Shown: in pieces, positions 41,388 to 51,316 of the stretch
Numbering within the stretch: the stretch's first letter is position 1
Layout of the letters: each line of letters begins with the position of its first letter
From: Cyanobacteria bacterium J06626_4
Lineage (GTDB): Bacteria; Cyanobacteriota; Cyanobacteriia; Phormidesmidales; Phormidesmidaceae
Direction: 5' to 3'
NCBI GenBank assembly: GCA_038523235.1
Contig: JBCBJQ010000025.1
Location: 1 to 62,815, forward strand
DNA: 62,815 bases
Translations under genes and position numbers: made by a program
The notes under the pieces: model-generated
Databases searched by the model: none
Told to the model about the DNA's origin: nothing
The model's input: the letters and a program-made list of their open reading frames with translations, nothing else

Positions 41388-43514
41388 ATGCCCAAGCAGA
41401 TCGTTATTGCTGAACAGCATCGTATTGCGGCTGTTTTTCAAGGAGACCAGATACAGGAACTCATCGTTGCTACCGGGACTCACCAGGTTGGCGACATCTA
41501 TGTAGGGACTGTCGAAAACGTACTTCCCGGAATTGATGCCGCGTTCGTCAACATTGGTGACAGTGAACGCAATGGCTTCATGCATGTGACTGATCTGGGG
41601 CCTTTACGACTGAAGCGAGCGGCGGGGTCGATTACCGAGCTTGTGGCTCCCCAGCAAAAGGTGCTGGTGCAGATCATGAAGGAGCCGACGGGGAACAAAG
41701 GTCCTCGACTGACGGGCAATGTGACTTTGCCTGGGCGCTATCTGGTGCTCATGCCCTATGGCAAAGGGGTCAACCTCTCTCGGCGAATTCAAAACGAGCA
41801 AGAGCGCAATCGGCTCCGGGCCTTAGCGATTTTGCTGAAGCCGCCTGGTATGGGGCTGCTGATTCGGACGGAAGCGGAGGACGTTCCTGAAGAAGCCATC
41901 ATTGAGGACTTGGAATCGCTGCAAAAGCAGTGGGAAACGGTGCAGCAGGAGGCGGTGACCCGGCGTCCGCCGGAACTGCTCAACCGCGATGATGATTTTA
42001 TCCAGCGAGTGCTGCGAGATGTCTACAGCGGGGATGTCAACCGCATCGTAACGGACTCTCACACCGGGCTTAAGCGGGTCAAGCAGCATCTGATGAATTG
42101 GAATGCCGGTCGCATCCCCTCGGGGGTGCTGATTGATCATCACCGCGATCGCGTGCCGCTATTGGAATTCTTTCGGGTTAATGCGGCTATCCGCGAAGCG
42201 ATTCAGCCGCGTGTTGATCTTCCCTCGGGTGGCTACATCATCATTGAGCCCACAGAAGCGCTCATCGTGATTGACGTTAACTCCGGTTCTTTTACGCGAT
42301 CGGCAACTGCGCGCGAGACTGTCTTGTGGACCAACTGCGAAGCCGCAGAAGAAATCGCTCGGCAGCTGCGACTACGAAATGTGGCCGGCGTCATCATTGT
42401 TGACTTTATCGACATGGATGCTCGTCGAGACCAACTGCAGGTTTTAGAAACCTTTAACCGTGCCCTGCGCTCAGATAAATCTCGGCCTCAGATTTCTCAA
42501 CTTTCGGAGCTCGGCTTGGTCGAGCTGACCCGCAAGCGCCAAGGTCAGAATCTTTACGAACTCTTTGGTCGCCCTTGTCCCACCTGCAGTGGTTTAGGGC
42601 ATCTCGTCCATTTGCCGGGTGAATCGGCAACCGTTGATGTCCCCGCGACTGAGGGCGGCCGCGAGTCGGCGAGTTTTGGCAACCGGGCACATCCATCTCT
42701 CAAAGAGAACTTGTCTGAAGATCTCGAACCTCATTCTGATCTGCAGGAACTTGATCTGCTCAATCATCCCAACTATCAGGAATCTAAAGGAGGGCGAGGG
42801 AATCGTCGCCGTCGCCGTCGCGATGCGCCGCCGCTGAGCCGCAGCAATGGCCGGAATGGCGATAATGCTAGAACTGCGCCAACGCCGACACCCACCCCAA
42901 CTCCTGTTCCCGACCCAGTGCCATCGCCAGAAACGCCAGCAACTGCCGGGTCAGCACCGACGACTAGCAATCGCTCCGGTCGCGGTCGTAATGGTCGCAA
43001 TGAGCGCAAGGCCCCAGCCCCGCCGGAAAAAGTAACGGTTGAAATGACGCCTGAAGAGCAAAGCGTTTTTGCCGTGATGGGGATCTCGCCTTTGGTTCTG
43101 AGTCCTCAAGAGGTCAAGGATGCCAAGAACACGATTGTGCAGGTCGTGTTGCCGGGAGAGAAAGCGCCTGAAGAGAGTAACGAACCTGTTTCGGTCACCG
43201 AGGCTGAAGTAACACCAACGGAAACTGTCGTGGCAGCCTCATCGTCCGCGGAGGCCCCGATTTTGGTCAAGCGATCGCGGTCGTCTAAAGCTGCTGCACC
43301 GGTAACTGAGACCGCACCGGTGACTGATGCCGAAGTGGTTGATTTGGCGGCGGATGAACCCGTGGCTGCGACTGCTTCCGTTCCCGACCCCACCCCAGTC
43401 ACTCAGGTTGAAGGGGCAGCCGTGACGACAGAGGCGGTGGAAGCTGAAGACCCGAAGCCGACGACCCGTCGTCGTCGCCGTCGCCGGTCATCGGCGAGTG
43501 ATGAGGATGCCTAA
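41388..43514 (+). CDS. rne: Ribonuclease E (Rne/Rng family, cyanobacterial type)
   Basis: S1 domain, KEPTGNKGPRLT, VIDVNSGS, CPTCSG, disordered C-terminal half ending RRRRRRSSA. Confidence 0.97.
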   Translation: MPKQIVIAEQHRIAAVFQGDQIQELIVATGTHQVGDIYVGTVENVLPGIDAAFVNIGDSERNGFMHVTDLGPLRLKRAAGSITELVAPQQKVLVQIMKEPTGNKGPRLTGNVTLPGRYLVLMPYGKGVNLSRRIQNEQERNRLRALAILLKPPGMGLLIRTEAEDVPEEAIIEDLESLQKQWETVQQEAVTRRPPELLNRDDDFIQRVLRDVYSGDVNRIVTDSHTGLKRVKQHLMNWNAGRIPSGVLIDHHRDRVPLLEFFRVNAAIREAIQPRVDLPSGGYIIIEPTEALIVIDVNSGSFTRSATARETVLWTNCEAAEEIARQLRLRNVAGVIIVDFIDMDARRDQLQVLETFNRALRSDKSRPQISQLSELGLVELTRKRQGQNLYELFGRPCPTCSGLGHLVHLPGESATVDVPATEGGRESASFGNRAHPSLKENLSEDLEPHSDLQELDLLNHPNYQESKGGRGNRRRRRRDAPPLSRSNGRNGDNARTAPTPTPTPTPVPDPVPSPETPATAGSAPTTSNRSGRGRNGRNERKAPAPPEKVTVEMTPEEQSVFAVMGISPLVLSPQEVKDAKNTIVQVVLPGEKAPEESNEPVSVTEAEVTPTETVVAASSSAEAPILVKRSRSSKAAAPVTETAPVTDAEVVDLAADEPVAATASVPDPTPVTQVEGAAVTTEAVEAEDPKPTTRRRRRRRSSASDEDA

Positions 43515-43550
43515 ACGGCCGCCGGTCGGCACTGACAGCATCGGTTGGTC

Positions 43551-44210
43551 ATGACCTTAGTCGATAATTCTGGTGCGATCGCCACAGCAGGAGTTGATGA
43601 AGTGGGTCGAGGCGCCCTGTTTGGTCCCGTGGTGGCCGGTGCTGTCATTCTGACCGTGAAGACAACCGCTGCTTTAGCCGAGCTAGGCGTTACCGATAGT
43701 AAGCGGTTAACGCCTGCTCGTCGTAAAGCATTAGTTAAACCGATTCAGCAGCAGGCTCAGGCCTATGCGATTGGCTGGGCGAGCGCTCGCGAAATTGACC
43801 GGCTCAATATTCTGCAAGCGTCACTGTTAGCGATGAAGCGGGCGGTCAACCGGTTGAGCATTGTTCCCGAGTTGTGCCTAATCGACGGTAATCAGGCGGT
43901 TCCCCAGCTCGGGATTCCTCAACAAACCGTGATTAAAGGCGATCAGACCTGCATCGAGATCGCCGCTGCAAGCATCTTGGCTAAGGTCTGGCGGGATACG
44001 CTGATCGTCCGCTTAGACCAGCGCTATCCGGGCTACGATCTGGCCTCTAATAAAGGATACGGGAGTCCCAAACACCGCGCGGCGATCGCTAAGCTAGGCC
44101 GCTCCCCCCAGCATCGCCAGTCTTTTAAGGTCAGCACACAGCTCACGCTATTGTCTGATGAGCAGACCGGGATTAACCGTCTAACCCCAATTCCCGCTTC
44201 AACAGATTGA
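43551..44210 (+). CDS. rnhB: Ribonuclease HII
   Basis: AGVDEVGRG.LFGPV, DSKRL, IKGD, AASILAKV.RD, NKGYG. Confidence 0.96.
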   Translation: MTLVDNSGAIATAGVDEVGRGALFGPVVAGAVILTVKTTAALAELGVTDSKRLTPARRKALVKPIQQQAQAYAIGWASAREIDRLNILQASLLAMKRAVNRLSIVPELCLIDGNQAVPQLGIPQQTVIKGDQTCIEIAAASILAKVWRDTLIVRLDQRYPGYDLASNKGYGSPKHRAAIAKLGRSPQHRQSFKVSTQLTLLSDEQTGINRLTPIPASTD

Positions 44211-45162
44211 TCGATTTTTCGCCAATGTAGTTTTCGCAGACGACAATTTGCGGCGATCTAATCAAATCTTCACGGGCACTGGCGATCGCCTGTTTCACAG
44301 ACGGCAGGCTGGTCTGGTCAAACACGACGATAGTCTGAGCGCTACGGACTAAAGCATTCAGTTTGTAAGCATCTTCCGTTTGCGCCGTCATGACCAAAAT
44401 ATCTTCGCCTCGCAGGCTGTAAGCAATCACCTCCGCCGCTCGCAGAATGCCGGAACTCAAGCTCACCATGCCCAGGCAGGTATCTTGAGACAAATCCTTG
44501 AGCAAACCTAACTCGCGACTATAGTCATAAATATCGATCGGGATGACCCGCACCGATTTCGGCCCGGCGATCGCCTCTGCCTCCGCCAAAAAGTAGCGGC
44601 TGGTCACCACTGTGCCCGATCTCGCCTGAGACAACACATCGGCTAAATCTTCCAGCGCCACGAGCTGTACGGGAATATGTAAAGCTGTCTCCAGTTCTCT
44701 GACAATCAGTTCGCCAGCGCCTAGATCCTGCTTTTGTACCGTGACCAACACCCTGGCGCTACAGCGTAACCGCCAATCCACTTCCGCAAAAAACAGTTCG
44801 CGCGCCTGGTTGAGTGAGCACCCTTGGCGCAACAGCTCATCCAACACATCCTCAACTACTTTGCGAGCCTTAGGGAATTTGTCCCAGAGTCCCAAGTGGG
44901 GGCGCGAACTCTCGACTGAAGAATGGGCCCTGACATAAATGCCAGAGCCGGGTTGAGCCTCGACCACACCCGCTTCTTCAAGCTGCCGGTAAACCTTACT
45001 GATGGTATTGCGGTGCAGCCCCGTTTGCATGGCAAGTTGACGCGTGCTGGGGAGTCGATAACCCGGTGGAAACTGCCGCGACGCGATCGCGAACCACAAT
45101 TGGTCATACAGTTGAGTCGAAGCGGGAATTTCGCTATCGGTCTGAATGTGAAACTTAAGCAC
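44173..45162 (-). CDS. plmA: GntR family transcriptional regulator, PlmA subfamily
   Basis: FHIQ.DSEIPASTQL..Q..FAIASRQFPPGYRLPSTRQLAMQTGLHRNTISKVY, C-terminal LLKRELGL. Start placed at GTG 45162. Confidence 0.92.
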   Translation of the reverse strand: MLKFHIQTDSEIPASTQLYDQLWFAIASRQFPPGYRLPSTRQLAMQTGLHRNTISKVYRQLEEAGVVEAQPGSGIYVRAHSSVESSRPHLGLWDKFPKARKVVEDVLDELLRQGCSLNQARELFFAEVDWRLRCSARVLVTVQKQDLGAGELIVRELETALHIPVQLVALEDLADVLSQARSGTVVTSRYFLAEAEAIAGPKSVRVIPIDIYDYSRELGLLKDLSQDTCLGMVSLSSGILRAAEVIAYSLRGEDILVMTAQTEDAYKLNALVRSAQTIVVFDQTSLPSVKQAIASAREDLIRSPQIVVCENYIGEKSINLLKRELGLDG

Positions 45163-45352
45163 AGTTGGCTCTCCCAGGGAACACCGACGCAGAAGGTGGC
45201 TTTCGCCGTAAAGTGGCTGTTTTGACGGCACTATCGTCAACCTTACTCACATAAGGCTGAATCACTCACTCCAATAAGTAGTGTAAATTCAATAAAATTT
45301 GACACTTTTTTGGCCAAAAAGTCGTCTACGCGTGCAGTTACCCCGCTAATTC

Positions 45353-45679
45353 TCAATCATCCAGCCACTCGACGCTATCCTGTAAGGACGTTTGACGGCC
45401 TCCCCATAGCCATGCCGGCACATCGACCTGGCCATCGGGACAGGGAATCATATGGTGGCCCAAAAGAGTCATGCCGGGATGACCTTTCAAGGTCTCAACC
45501 GCTGCCGTGATCGCCGCTTGCACATCTCCCGTATGGCCTTGAACCAAAACGCTGATGCGACCGGCATTCGTATTCTCAAGACTGATGACGCGGACGTTGG
45601 CGGCTTTGCCTAATAGATCAACCGTAACCAGTGCTGCCGGCATACCCGAGGTTTCAATCACACCGATGGCTTGACCCAT
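45353..45679 (-). CDS. Bacterial microcompartment hexamer (BMC-H) domain protein, divergent CcmK-like
   Basis: QAIGVIETSGMPAA...KAANV...GRISVLVQG..GDVQAAI.AA...HHMIPCP aligns by eye with CcmK. Confidence 0.85.
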   Translation of the reverse strand: MGQAIGVIETSGMPAALVTVDLLGKAANVRVISLENTNAGRISVLVQGHTGDVQAAITAAVETLKGHPGMTLLGHHMIPCPDGQVDVPAWLWGGRQTSLQDSVEWLDD

Positions 45680-45824
45680 AACTCAAATCCGGCTCTATCA
45701 CTCGACAACTTGTCATCCTTATCATAAGGAAACGTCTTACATAGCGGGCTCGCGAAACCGGCTAACCGGTTACGTTTGAAGGTGACGTGCACTGGCAATA
45801 ACGAACAGAAAGTCGGGGGCTCTA

Positions 45825-46577
45825 GTGGATATTCAAAAACTAACGGTTGAGATTCAAAGTGGCGGGGTCACGATTCCAGCCTACTTAGCCCATCCCACCG
45901 CCGCCCAGGGATTACCGCTCATCGTTGTGATCCAAGAGGTCTTTGGGGTCAATGCGCACATGCGAGACGTGACGGAGCGTCTGGCTGGTGAAGGCTACAT
46001 CGCGATCACCCCCCACATTTATCATCGTCAAGCGCCCGGTTTTGAGGTGGGCTACAGCAACGCTGACTTAGCGCTCGGGCGTGACTATAAAAATGGCACC
46101 CAAGCCAGTGAGCTATTGCAAGATATCAAAGGCGCGATCGCCTATGGACACCATCACTTTGGTTGCTCTGCGGCAACGGTTGGCTGCATCGGCTTTTGTT
46201 TTGGCGGGCACGTGGCCTATCTCGCCGCTACCTTGCCTGAGATTGCGGCGACGGCTTCCTTTTATGGTGCTGGTATTAGCACCTTCACCCCAGGCGGCGG
46301 CCCGCCTACCCTGAGTCAGACGCCGCAGATTCAAGGCACGGTATATGCTTTTTTTGGACTCCAAGATCCCCTGATTTCGTCAGCAGAGATTGTTCAACTG
46401 GAGGCAGCGTTGACGCAAGCCGGTATCGATCACTGTATTTATCGATACCCACAGGCTAGCCACGGCTTCTTCTGTGACTGCCGCGACAGCTACGATGCCT
46501 CCGCGGCAGCAGATGCTTGGCAACAGGTGAAAGCTTTGTTTCGAGACCTTCTCAGACCACGGCAGTCAACTCTATAA
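45825..46577 (+). CDS. Dienelactone hydrolase family protein
   Basis: IQEVFGVN, GCIGFCFGG, D..I, HGFFCD.R.SY. Confidence 0.93.
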   Translation: MDIQKLTVEIQSGGVTIPAYLAHPTAAQGLPLIVVIQEVFGVNAHMRDVTERLAGEGYIAITPHIYHRQAPGFEVGYSNADLALGRDYKNGTQASELLQDIKGAIAYGHHHFGCSAATVGCIGFCFGGHVAYLAATLPEIAATASFYGAGISTFTPGGGPPTLSQTPQIQGTVYAFFGLQDPLISSAEIVQLEAALTQAGIDHCIYRYPQASHGFFCDCRDSYDASAAADAWQQVKALFRDLLRPRQSTL

Positions 46578-46851
46578 AGTCTCTGAATTAGGGGCCTCTG
46601 AGGTGGGAATAAAAAAGTTCAGTCCGCTATCGAGTGGTTCCGAAATCCGTGAAAATCACATTGTTGTCCTTAAAAGCATCGATTAACTTACAGAAAGGTG
46701 TGAGGATACACGACTTTTTTACCGTGTCTGCATTTTGAGGTACAGTTGACAAGCATCTACTGGCCTATATCGAAAACCATCAGTATTCCAACTGCAGGAT
46801 TTTTCTTTTACTGCTCCATCTACAGGCAAGTCCATTCGTTATGGGATCAGT

Positions 46852-47640
46852 ATGGCCCTCAAGATTCATTCAGAATTAAAAGGCGAGACGGCTGAGTTGC
46901 TTCAGCTTTACCATCAGTCGCAATCCCCTGAGATTCGCAACCGTTTGGTCAGTTTGAATTTAGGATTGGTCAGACATGAGGCGCATCGATGGATGCGTCA
47001 ATCAGAAGAATCGTTTGACGATTTGATGCAAGTTGGCAGTATCGGTCTGATTCGAGCGATCGAGCGATTTGAACTCGCCAAAGGATTTGCCTTTAGCTCG
47101 TTTGCCGTACCCTACATTCGCGGTGAAATACAACACTATTTGCGCGATCGCAGTGCCACTGTCCGCATTCCTCGCAAGTGGCAAACGCTGGCACACCAAT
47201 CCCGGCAGGCGGTTCACACTTTGCGTGCCCAGATGAATCGGCAGCCCACCGAGCAAGAGATTGCCAGCTTCCTCGAAATTTCTGCGGAAGAATGGAATGA
47301 AGTCAAGCTGGCAATTCGTAATCGTTCTTTATTGAGTCTAGATGCTCCCGTTCTAGACGAAGCGACCGACTCAGCCTCGCTGTCAGACCTGCTGCCTGAC
47401 CCAAAGTACCGAAGTTTTCAGCTTGCGGAGGAAGATCGCTTGCGGTTGCATCAAGCGCTGCAACAGCTTGAAGAACGAACGCGGAACATTTTGGAATTTG
47501 TCTTTCTGCAAGACCTGACTCAAAAAGAAACGGCTGAACGTCTGGGTATTAGTTCTGTGACAGTTTCTCGACGAGTTAAGCAAGGTCTAAAACACCTCAA
47601 AAGTCTGATGACCGTCCTACCTGAAGACGAAACCGCCTAA
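46852..47640 (+). CDS. sigF: RNA polymerase sigma factor SigF (group 3)
   Basis: RNRLV.LNLGLVR.EAH.W, DLMQVGSIGLIRAIERF...G.AFSSFA.PYIRGEIQHYLRD, YRSFQLA.ED, DLTQKETAE.LG.S.VTVSRRVK. Confidence 0.92.
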   Translation: MALKIHSELKGETAELLQLYHQSQSPEIRNRLVSLNLGLVRHEAHRWMRQSEESFDDLMQVGSIGLIRAIERFELAKGFAFSSFAVPYIRGEIQHYLRDRSATVRIPRKWQTLAHQSRQAVHTLRAQMNRQPTEQEIASFLEISAEEWNEVKLAIRNRSLLSLDAPVLDEATDSASLSDLLPDPKYRSFQLAEEDRLRLHQALQQLEERTRNILEFVFLQDLTQKETAERLGISSVTVSRRVKQGLKHLKSLMTVLPEDETA

Positions 47641-47710
47641 AGCGTTCCATATATTGTGAACTGAGCTATTGTTGAGGGGCATTAGCTAAGGAAGGTGAGG
47701 AGGCAGAGCC

Positions 47711-48715
47711 ATGGGCGCTATTGCATTTTTGATATTGGTTCTTATTGGTTCTCTGCTGGTGACAGTAGGGGGAATTACGGGGGTTGTCGATGCCTTTAGG
47801 GTGAGTTCTGTCTGGGGATTGCTGACACTCCTTGCTTTCGTGCTGTTTTTCCCAGCTATGCTTGTCTACTGGGTCAAATTCTGGAATCGGAAGTGGGCCA
47901 AAAACAGTCTTTTCATGGTTCTAGCGGGCCTCGCGTCAACGCTGCTGGCTCTGCCCTTTTTAGGCGGTTGGTTAGCTCAGCAAGGGTTCCAAGCGACTGA
48001 AGACCTCGATGATTTAACCATTCAAGAAGTTCCTGTTGATCCCAACGCTGAACTTGACGGCGCTACCGATGGTGCGGCTGAGACTGTCCCTGCAGAGGGT
48101 GAAGGCGAGCTGTTCCAGGAAGCTATTTTGCCAGGGCTGCCAACCGCTGCTGAAATCGCCCGCGCTGAATTATTACCCTCAACTGACCCGAACGAACGGG
48201 TTAAAGAAATCGACCAAGAGCGCTCTGATCCCTACGCCTACGTGCCAATCGCCCCACCGGCAAGACCAACCCCCCCGGCTCCTGATGATGCCAATGGCGG
48301 CAACGCATCACCCCCAGGACAGCCCAACGGACCTCAGCCGGGTGCTAATCAGCCTGGCGGGCTAGCTGGCCCAGCGCCCAATGAGCCCCTGCCAGACTTG
48401 CCACCACCCACTATCACGGCTTCTCAGGTCGAAATTTCTGGTGTTGCGAGTGTTGATGGCCAGACCTATGCCATTGTCAAAGCGCCCAATGAGCCCACCA
48501 GCCGTTATGTCAGAGTTGGCGATCGCCTCTCAAATGGCGTTGTGTTAGTCAAGCGAATTGAGAATCGACCGGGTAGTGCGCCGTTGGTTGTTCTAGAGGA
48601 AAGGGGTGAAGAAATTGCACTCCCAGTGGGAGCAAATGTAGGAAGCTCTGAAGAATCTGCTGCCGCACTGCCTGCGCAAGCTGCAGAAGTTGCTGCATTA
48701 CCTTTCCTACCTTAA
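47711..48715 (+). CDS. Membrane protein with Pro-rich linker and C-terminal PilP/GspC-like beta domain
   Basis: Three N-terminal TMs; RSDPY motif; VEISGV..V...TYAIVKAPNEPTSRYVRVGDRLSNG.VLVKRIE. Confidence 0.65.
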   Translation: MGAIAFLILVLIGSLLVTVGGITGVVDAFRVSSVWGLLTLLAFVLFFPAMLVYWVKFWNRKWAKNSLFMVLAGLASTLLALPFLGGWLAQQGFQATEDLDDLTIQEVPVDPNAELDGATDGAAETVPAEGEGELFQEAILPGLPTAAEIARAELLPSTDPNERVKEIDQERSDPYAYVPIAPPARPTPPAPDDANGGNASPPGQPNGPQPGANQPGGLAGPAPNEPLPDLPPPTITASQVEISGVASVDGQTYAIVKAPNEPTSRYVRVGDRLSNGVVLVKRIENRPGSAPLVVLEERGEEIALPVGANVGSSEESAAALPAQAAEVAALPFLP

Positions 48716-48808
48716 GGTTGCTGAATTTCCGGTGCGGGGTGATGGCTAGTTGATCTGCTACATGACCTCAATTCCTGGATGAATCCGTTACTTGAGTAAG
48801 TCTGTAAG

Positions 48809-48841
48809 AAAAGAGCGCCTTCCGAAGAAGGCGCTCTTTTT
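48809..48841 (+). terminator. Bidirectional Rho-independent terminator
   Basis: AAAAGAGCGCCTTC-CGAA-GAAGGCGCTCTTTTT. Confidence 0.8.
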
Positions 48842-49530
48842 AGTGAGCGATTTATGTGTCTCAAGGAAAGTGTTCCTCATAATGAGAGTCCGAACTGCCA
48901 TTGAGTGATTACGGGCATTCGGCATTGCCGCGGCTCGAACTTCCTGATCTCGGTTTAAGACACCTTTCAGGAATATTTGGATTGTAGAAATTGTGTCATT
49001 CATTGATGTTGGAGTCGATCAGAAATCAGCCAAAAATTTTAAGAATTTCATTTCTGGCAGGAAACTGGTCTCGATCTGATTTTTTCCCTGTAGAGAACTT
49101 CAGGTTCATTCTTGTAATCGAAACCATTGACATTCGTTTACATAATTTGAAGTGTCTATCCTCATTGATTTTTATCATCAATGACATGTCTGGCTCTGAA
49201 ATCCTTTGCAGAACCTTGATGCAGATAAAGATCAAAAAAGAATCAGGTATATTTACCTTCGCAAAAGTTCATGAAGTTGCGTATACTAGAGCCATTCGTT
49301 GCAGTGAGTAGAAATGCTCACTTTGAATTTCCCGGTTGGTTCGCCTAGTCATCGTGTATTCGATAGTTCCGAATCATCTGCTGACTTCCTCCGGCCCATG
49401 TGGTTTGTGTAAGGCTGCGGTGATCAGGATGAAGGCACACTTTTAATGATGTATCCATCAGCCTCGGGCTAGATAGCTGCGTAAACCGGCGTTCTATGTG
49501 CAACTGTTCATCTGAACTCGCGTGAATGTC

Positions 49531-51135
49531 ATGATTAGTGAACAATTTCCGTGGTTAACCACGATTGTCCTTTTTCCTTTCCTTGCAAGTTTGCCAATTC
49601 CGCTACTGCCAGCCAAGGGGCATAAGGCTGTCCGTAACTATGCTCTGGCCGTCGGACTGACTGAGTTTGCGCTGATTGTCTATACGTTCGCCCAGTACTT
49701 TTCGCTTCAAGACTCTGGGCTACAGCTAGTCGAATCTTACAAGTGGGTTCCTCAAATTGGTTTGAATTGGTCTCTGGCTGCCGATGGCTTGTCGATGCCC
49801 TTGGTCGTCCTGAGCGGTTTAGTGACGACGCTGGCGATGCTGGCATCTTGGAACATCTCTTCTAAGCCACGCCTCTATTACTTTCTGTTGTTGCTGATGT
49901 ATAGCGCTCAGGTTGGCGTGTTTCTCTGTCAGGACATTCTTTTATTCTTTTTGATGTGGGAGATTGAGCTGGTTCCCGTATATCTGCTGATCTCAATATG
50001 GGGCGGGCAGAAGCGACGCTATGCAGCGACCAAGTTCATTCTTTACACGGCGATTGGTTCCATCTTTATCTTGGTGTCTGCTCTGGCCATGGCCTTTTAC
50101 GGTGACACCGTCACTTTCAATTTCGCCGATTTGGCCCTCAAGGAATATTCGCTGCCCTTTCAGCTATTTGCTTACGCTGGTTTCTTGGTGGCGTTTGGAG
50201 TCAAGCTCCCGATCTTTCCGTTCCACACTTGGTTGCCTGACGCCCACAGTGAGGCTCCCGCAGCAGTGTCAATGATTTTGGCTGGAGTGCTGCTCAAAAT
50301 GGCAGGCTACGGCATCATTCGCATGAATATTGAGATGTTGCCTGATGCCCACGTATACATGGCTCCTTTCCTCGCCATTCTTGGGGTCATTAACATTATT
50401 TACGCTTCCCTAAATGCTTTTGGGCAGGACAATTTGAAGCGTCGCATGGCTTATTCATCGATCGCTCACATGGGGTTTGTGCTGATTGGCTTTGCGGCCA
50501 TCACCACCATCGGATTGAGTGGCGCGGTATTACAAATGCTGTCTCACGGTTTGATTGCAGCCGTGATGTTTTTCCTCTCTGGGGTGACCTACGAGCGGAC
50601 TCATACGCTCGATATGTCTAAACTGGGGGGCATGGCCCGCAAAATGCCGGCAGCGTTTGCCTTCTTTACGGCAGCGGCGATGGCTTCCTTGGCTCTGCCT
50701 GGAATGAGCGGCTTCGTCAGTGAGATTGCCGTCTTCTTAGGGATGGCAACTAGCGATGCTTACACCACGACCTTCAAAGTCGGCATCATTGTGTTGTCGG
50801 CAGTGGGGGTGATTCTCTCGCCGATCTATCTCCTTTCCATGCTGCGCCGCATTTTCTACGGCAGCACGGGTGAAGTGGTTGAGAAAACGCCTTTGATGCT
50901 CGACATTCGCCCCCGTGAGGGTTTCATTGCGGCTTGCCTGTTAGTGCCGGTCATTGGGATTGGCCTGTATCCTAAGTTGGCGACTCAGACCTACGATGCT
51001 AAAACTGTGGCGGTATTAGATCGAGTGCAAGACACCGTGATGCTGATTGCAGATCGGCCTGGTCAGCCCATGTTCAGTGCGATCGCATCGCCTGAGCGAG
51101 TGGCTGCGATTACGGCTCCGGCAATTTTCGAATAA
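49531..51135 (+). CDS. ndhD2: NAD(P)H-quinone oxidoreductase subunit 4 paralog (NdhD2-type)
   Basis: Full-length paralog of 13356..14942 ([33 protein letters not shown]), stand-alone. Subtype is inferred. Confidence 0.88.
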   Translation: MISEQFPWLTTIVLFPFLASLPIPLLPAKGHKAVRNYALAVGLTEFALIVYTFAQYFSLQDSGLQLVESYKWVPQIGLNWSLAADGLSMPLVVLSGLVTTLAMLASWNISSKPRLYYFLLLLMYSAQVGVFLCQDILLFFLMWEIELVPVYLLISIWGGQKRRYAATKFILYTAIGSIFILVSALAMAFYGDTVTFNFADLALKEYSLPFQLFAYAGFLVAFGVKLPIFPFHTWLPDAHSEAPAAVSMILAGVLLKMAGYGIIRMNIEMLPDAHVYMAPFLAILGVINIIYASLNAFGQDNLKRRMAYSSIAHMGFVLIGFAAITTIGLSGAVLQMLSHGLIAAVMFFLSGVTYERTHTLDMSKLGGMARKMPAAFAFFTAAAMASLALPGMSGFVSEIAVFLGMATSDAYTTTFKVGIIVLSAVGVILSPIYLLSMLRRIFYGSTGEVVEKTPLMLDIRPREGFIAACLLVPVIGIGLYPKLATQTYDAKTVAVLDRVQDTVMLIADRPGQPMFSAIASPERVAAITAPAIFE

Positions 51136-51172
51136 GGGCCCCGTTAAATTGTTTCACTGAATCTGAAGGACG

Positions 51173-51201
51173 AGCGGCGCAGAAACCTGCGCCGCTTTTT
51201 T
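51173..51201 (+). terminator. Rho-independent terminator
   Basis: AGCGGCGCAG-AAAC-CTGCGCCGCT-TTTTT. Confidence 0.8.
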
Positions 51202-51316
51202 ATGCGCTTTTTCGGCGGTCAACGTGATGTCTGGAAGCCTGTATTCTTTGGAATTGCCTTCAAGAGCGATATAACAGTCGAAAGTTCAGGGTGAAGATTC
51301 GGAGGCAAAGTCTGAG

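Noticed and set aside
42870..42930. Pro-Thr repeat (PTPTPTPTP) in rne
   Set aside because: Lies in the disordered C-terminal half of RNase E; a coding low-complexity tract, not a DNA repeat array.
44173..44210. 38-nt convergent overlap of rnhB and plmA
   Set aside because: Short 3' overlaps are common, and no further evidence of antisense control is visible.
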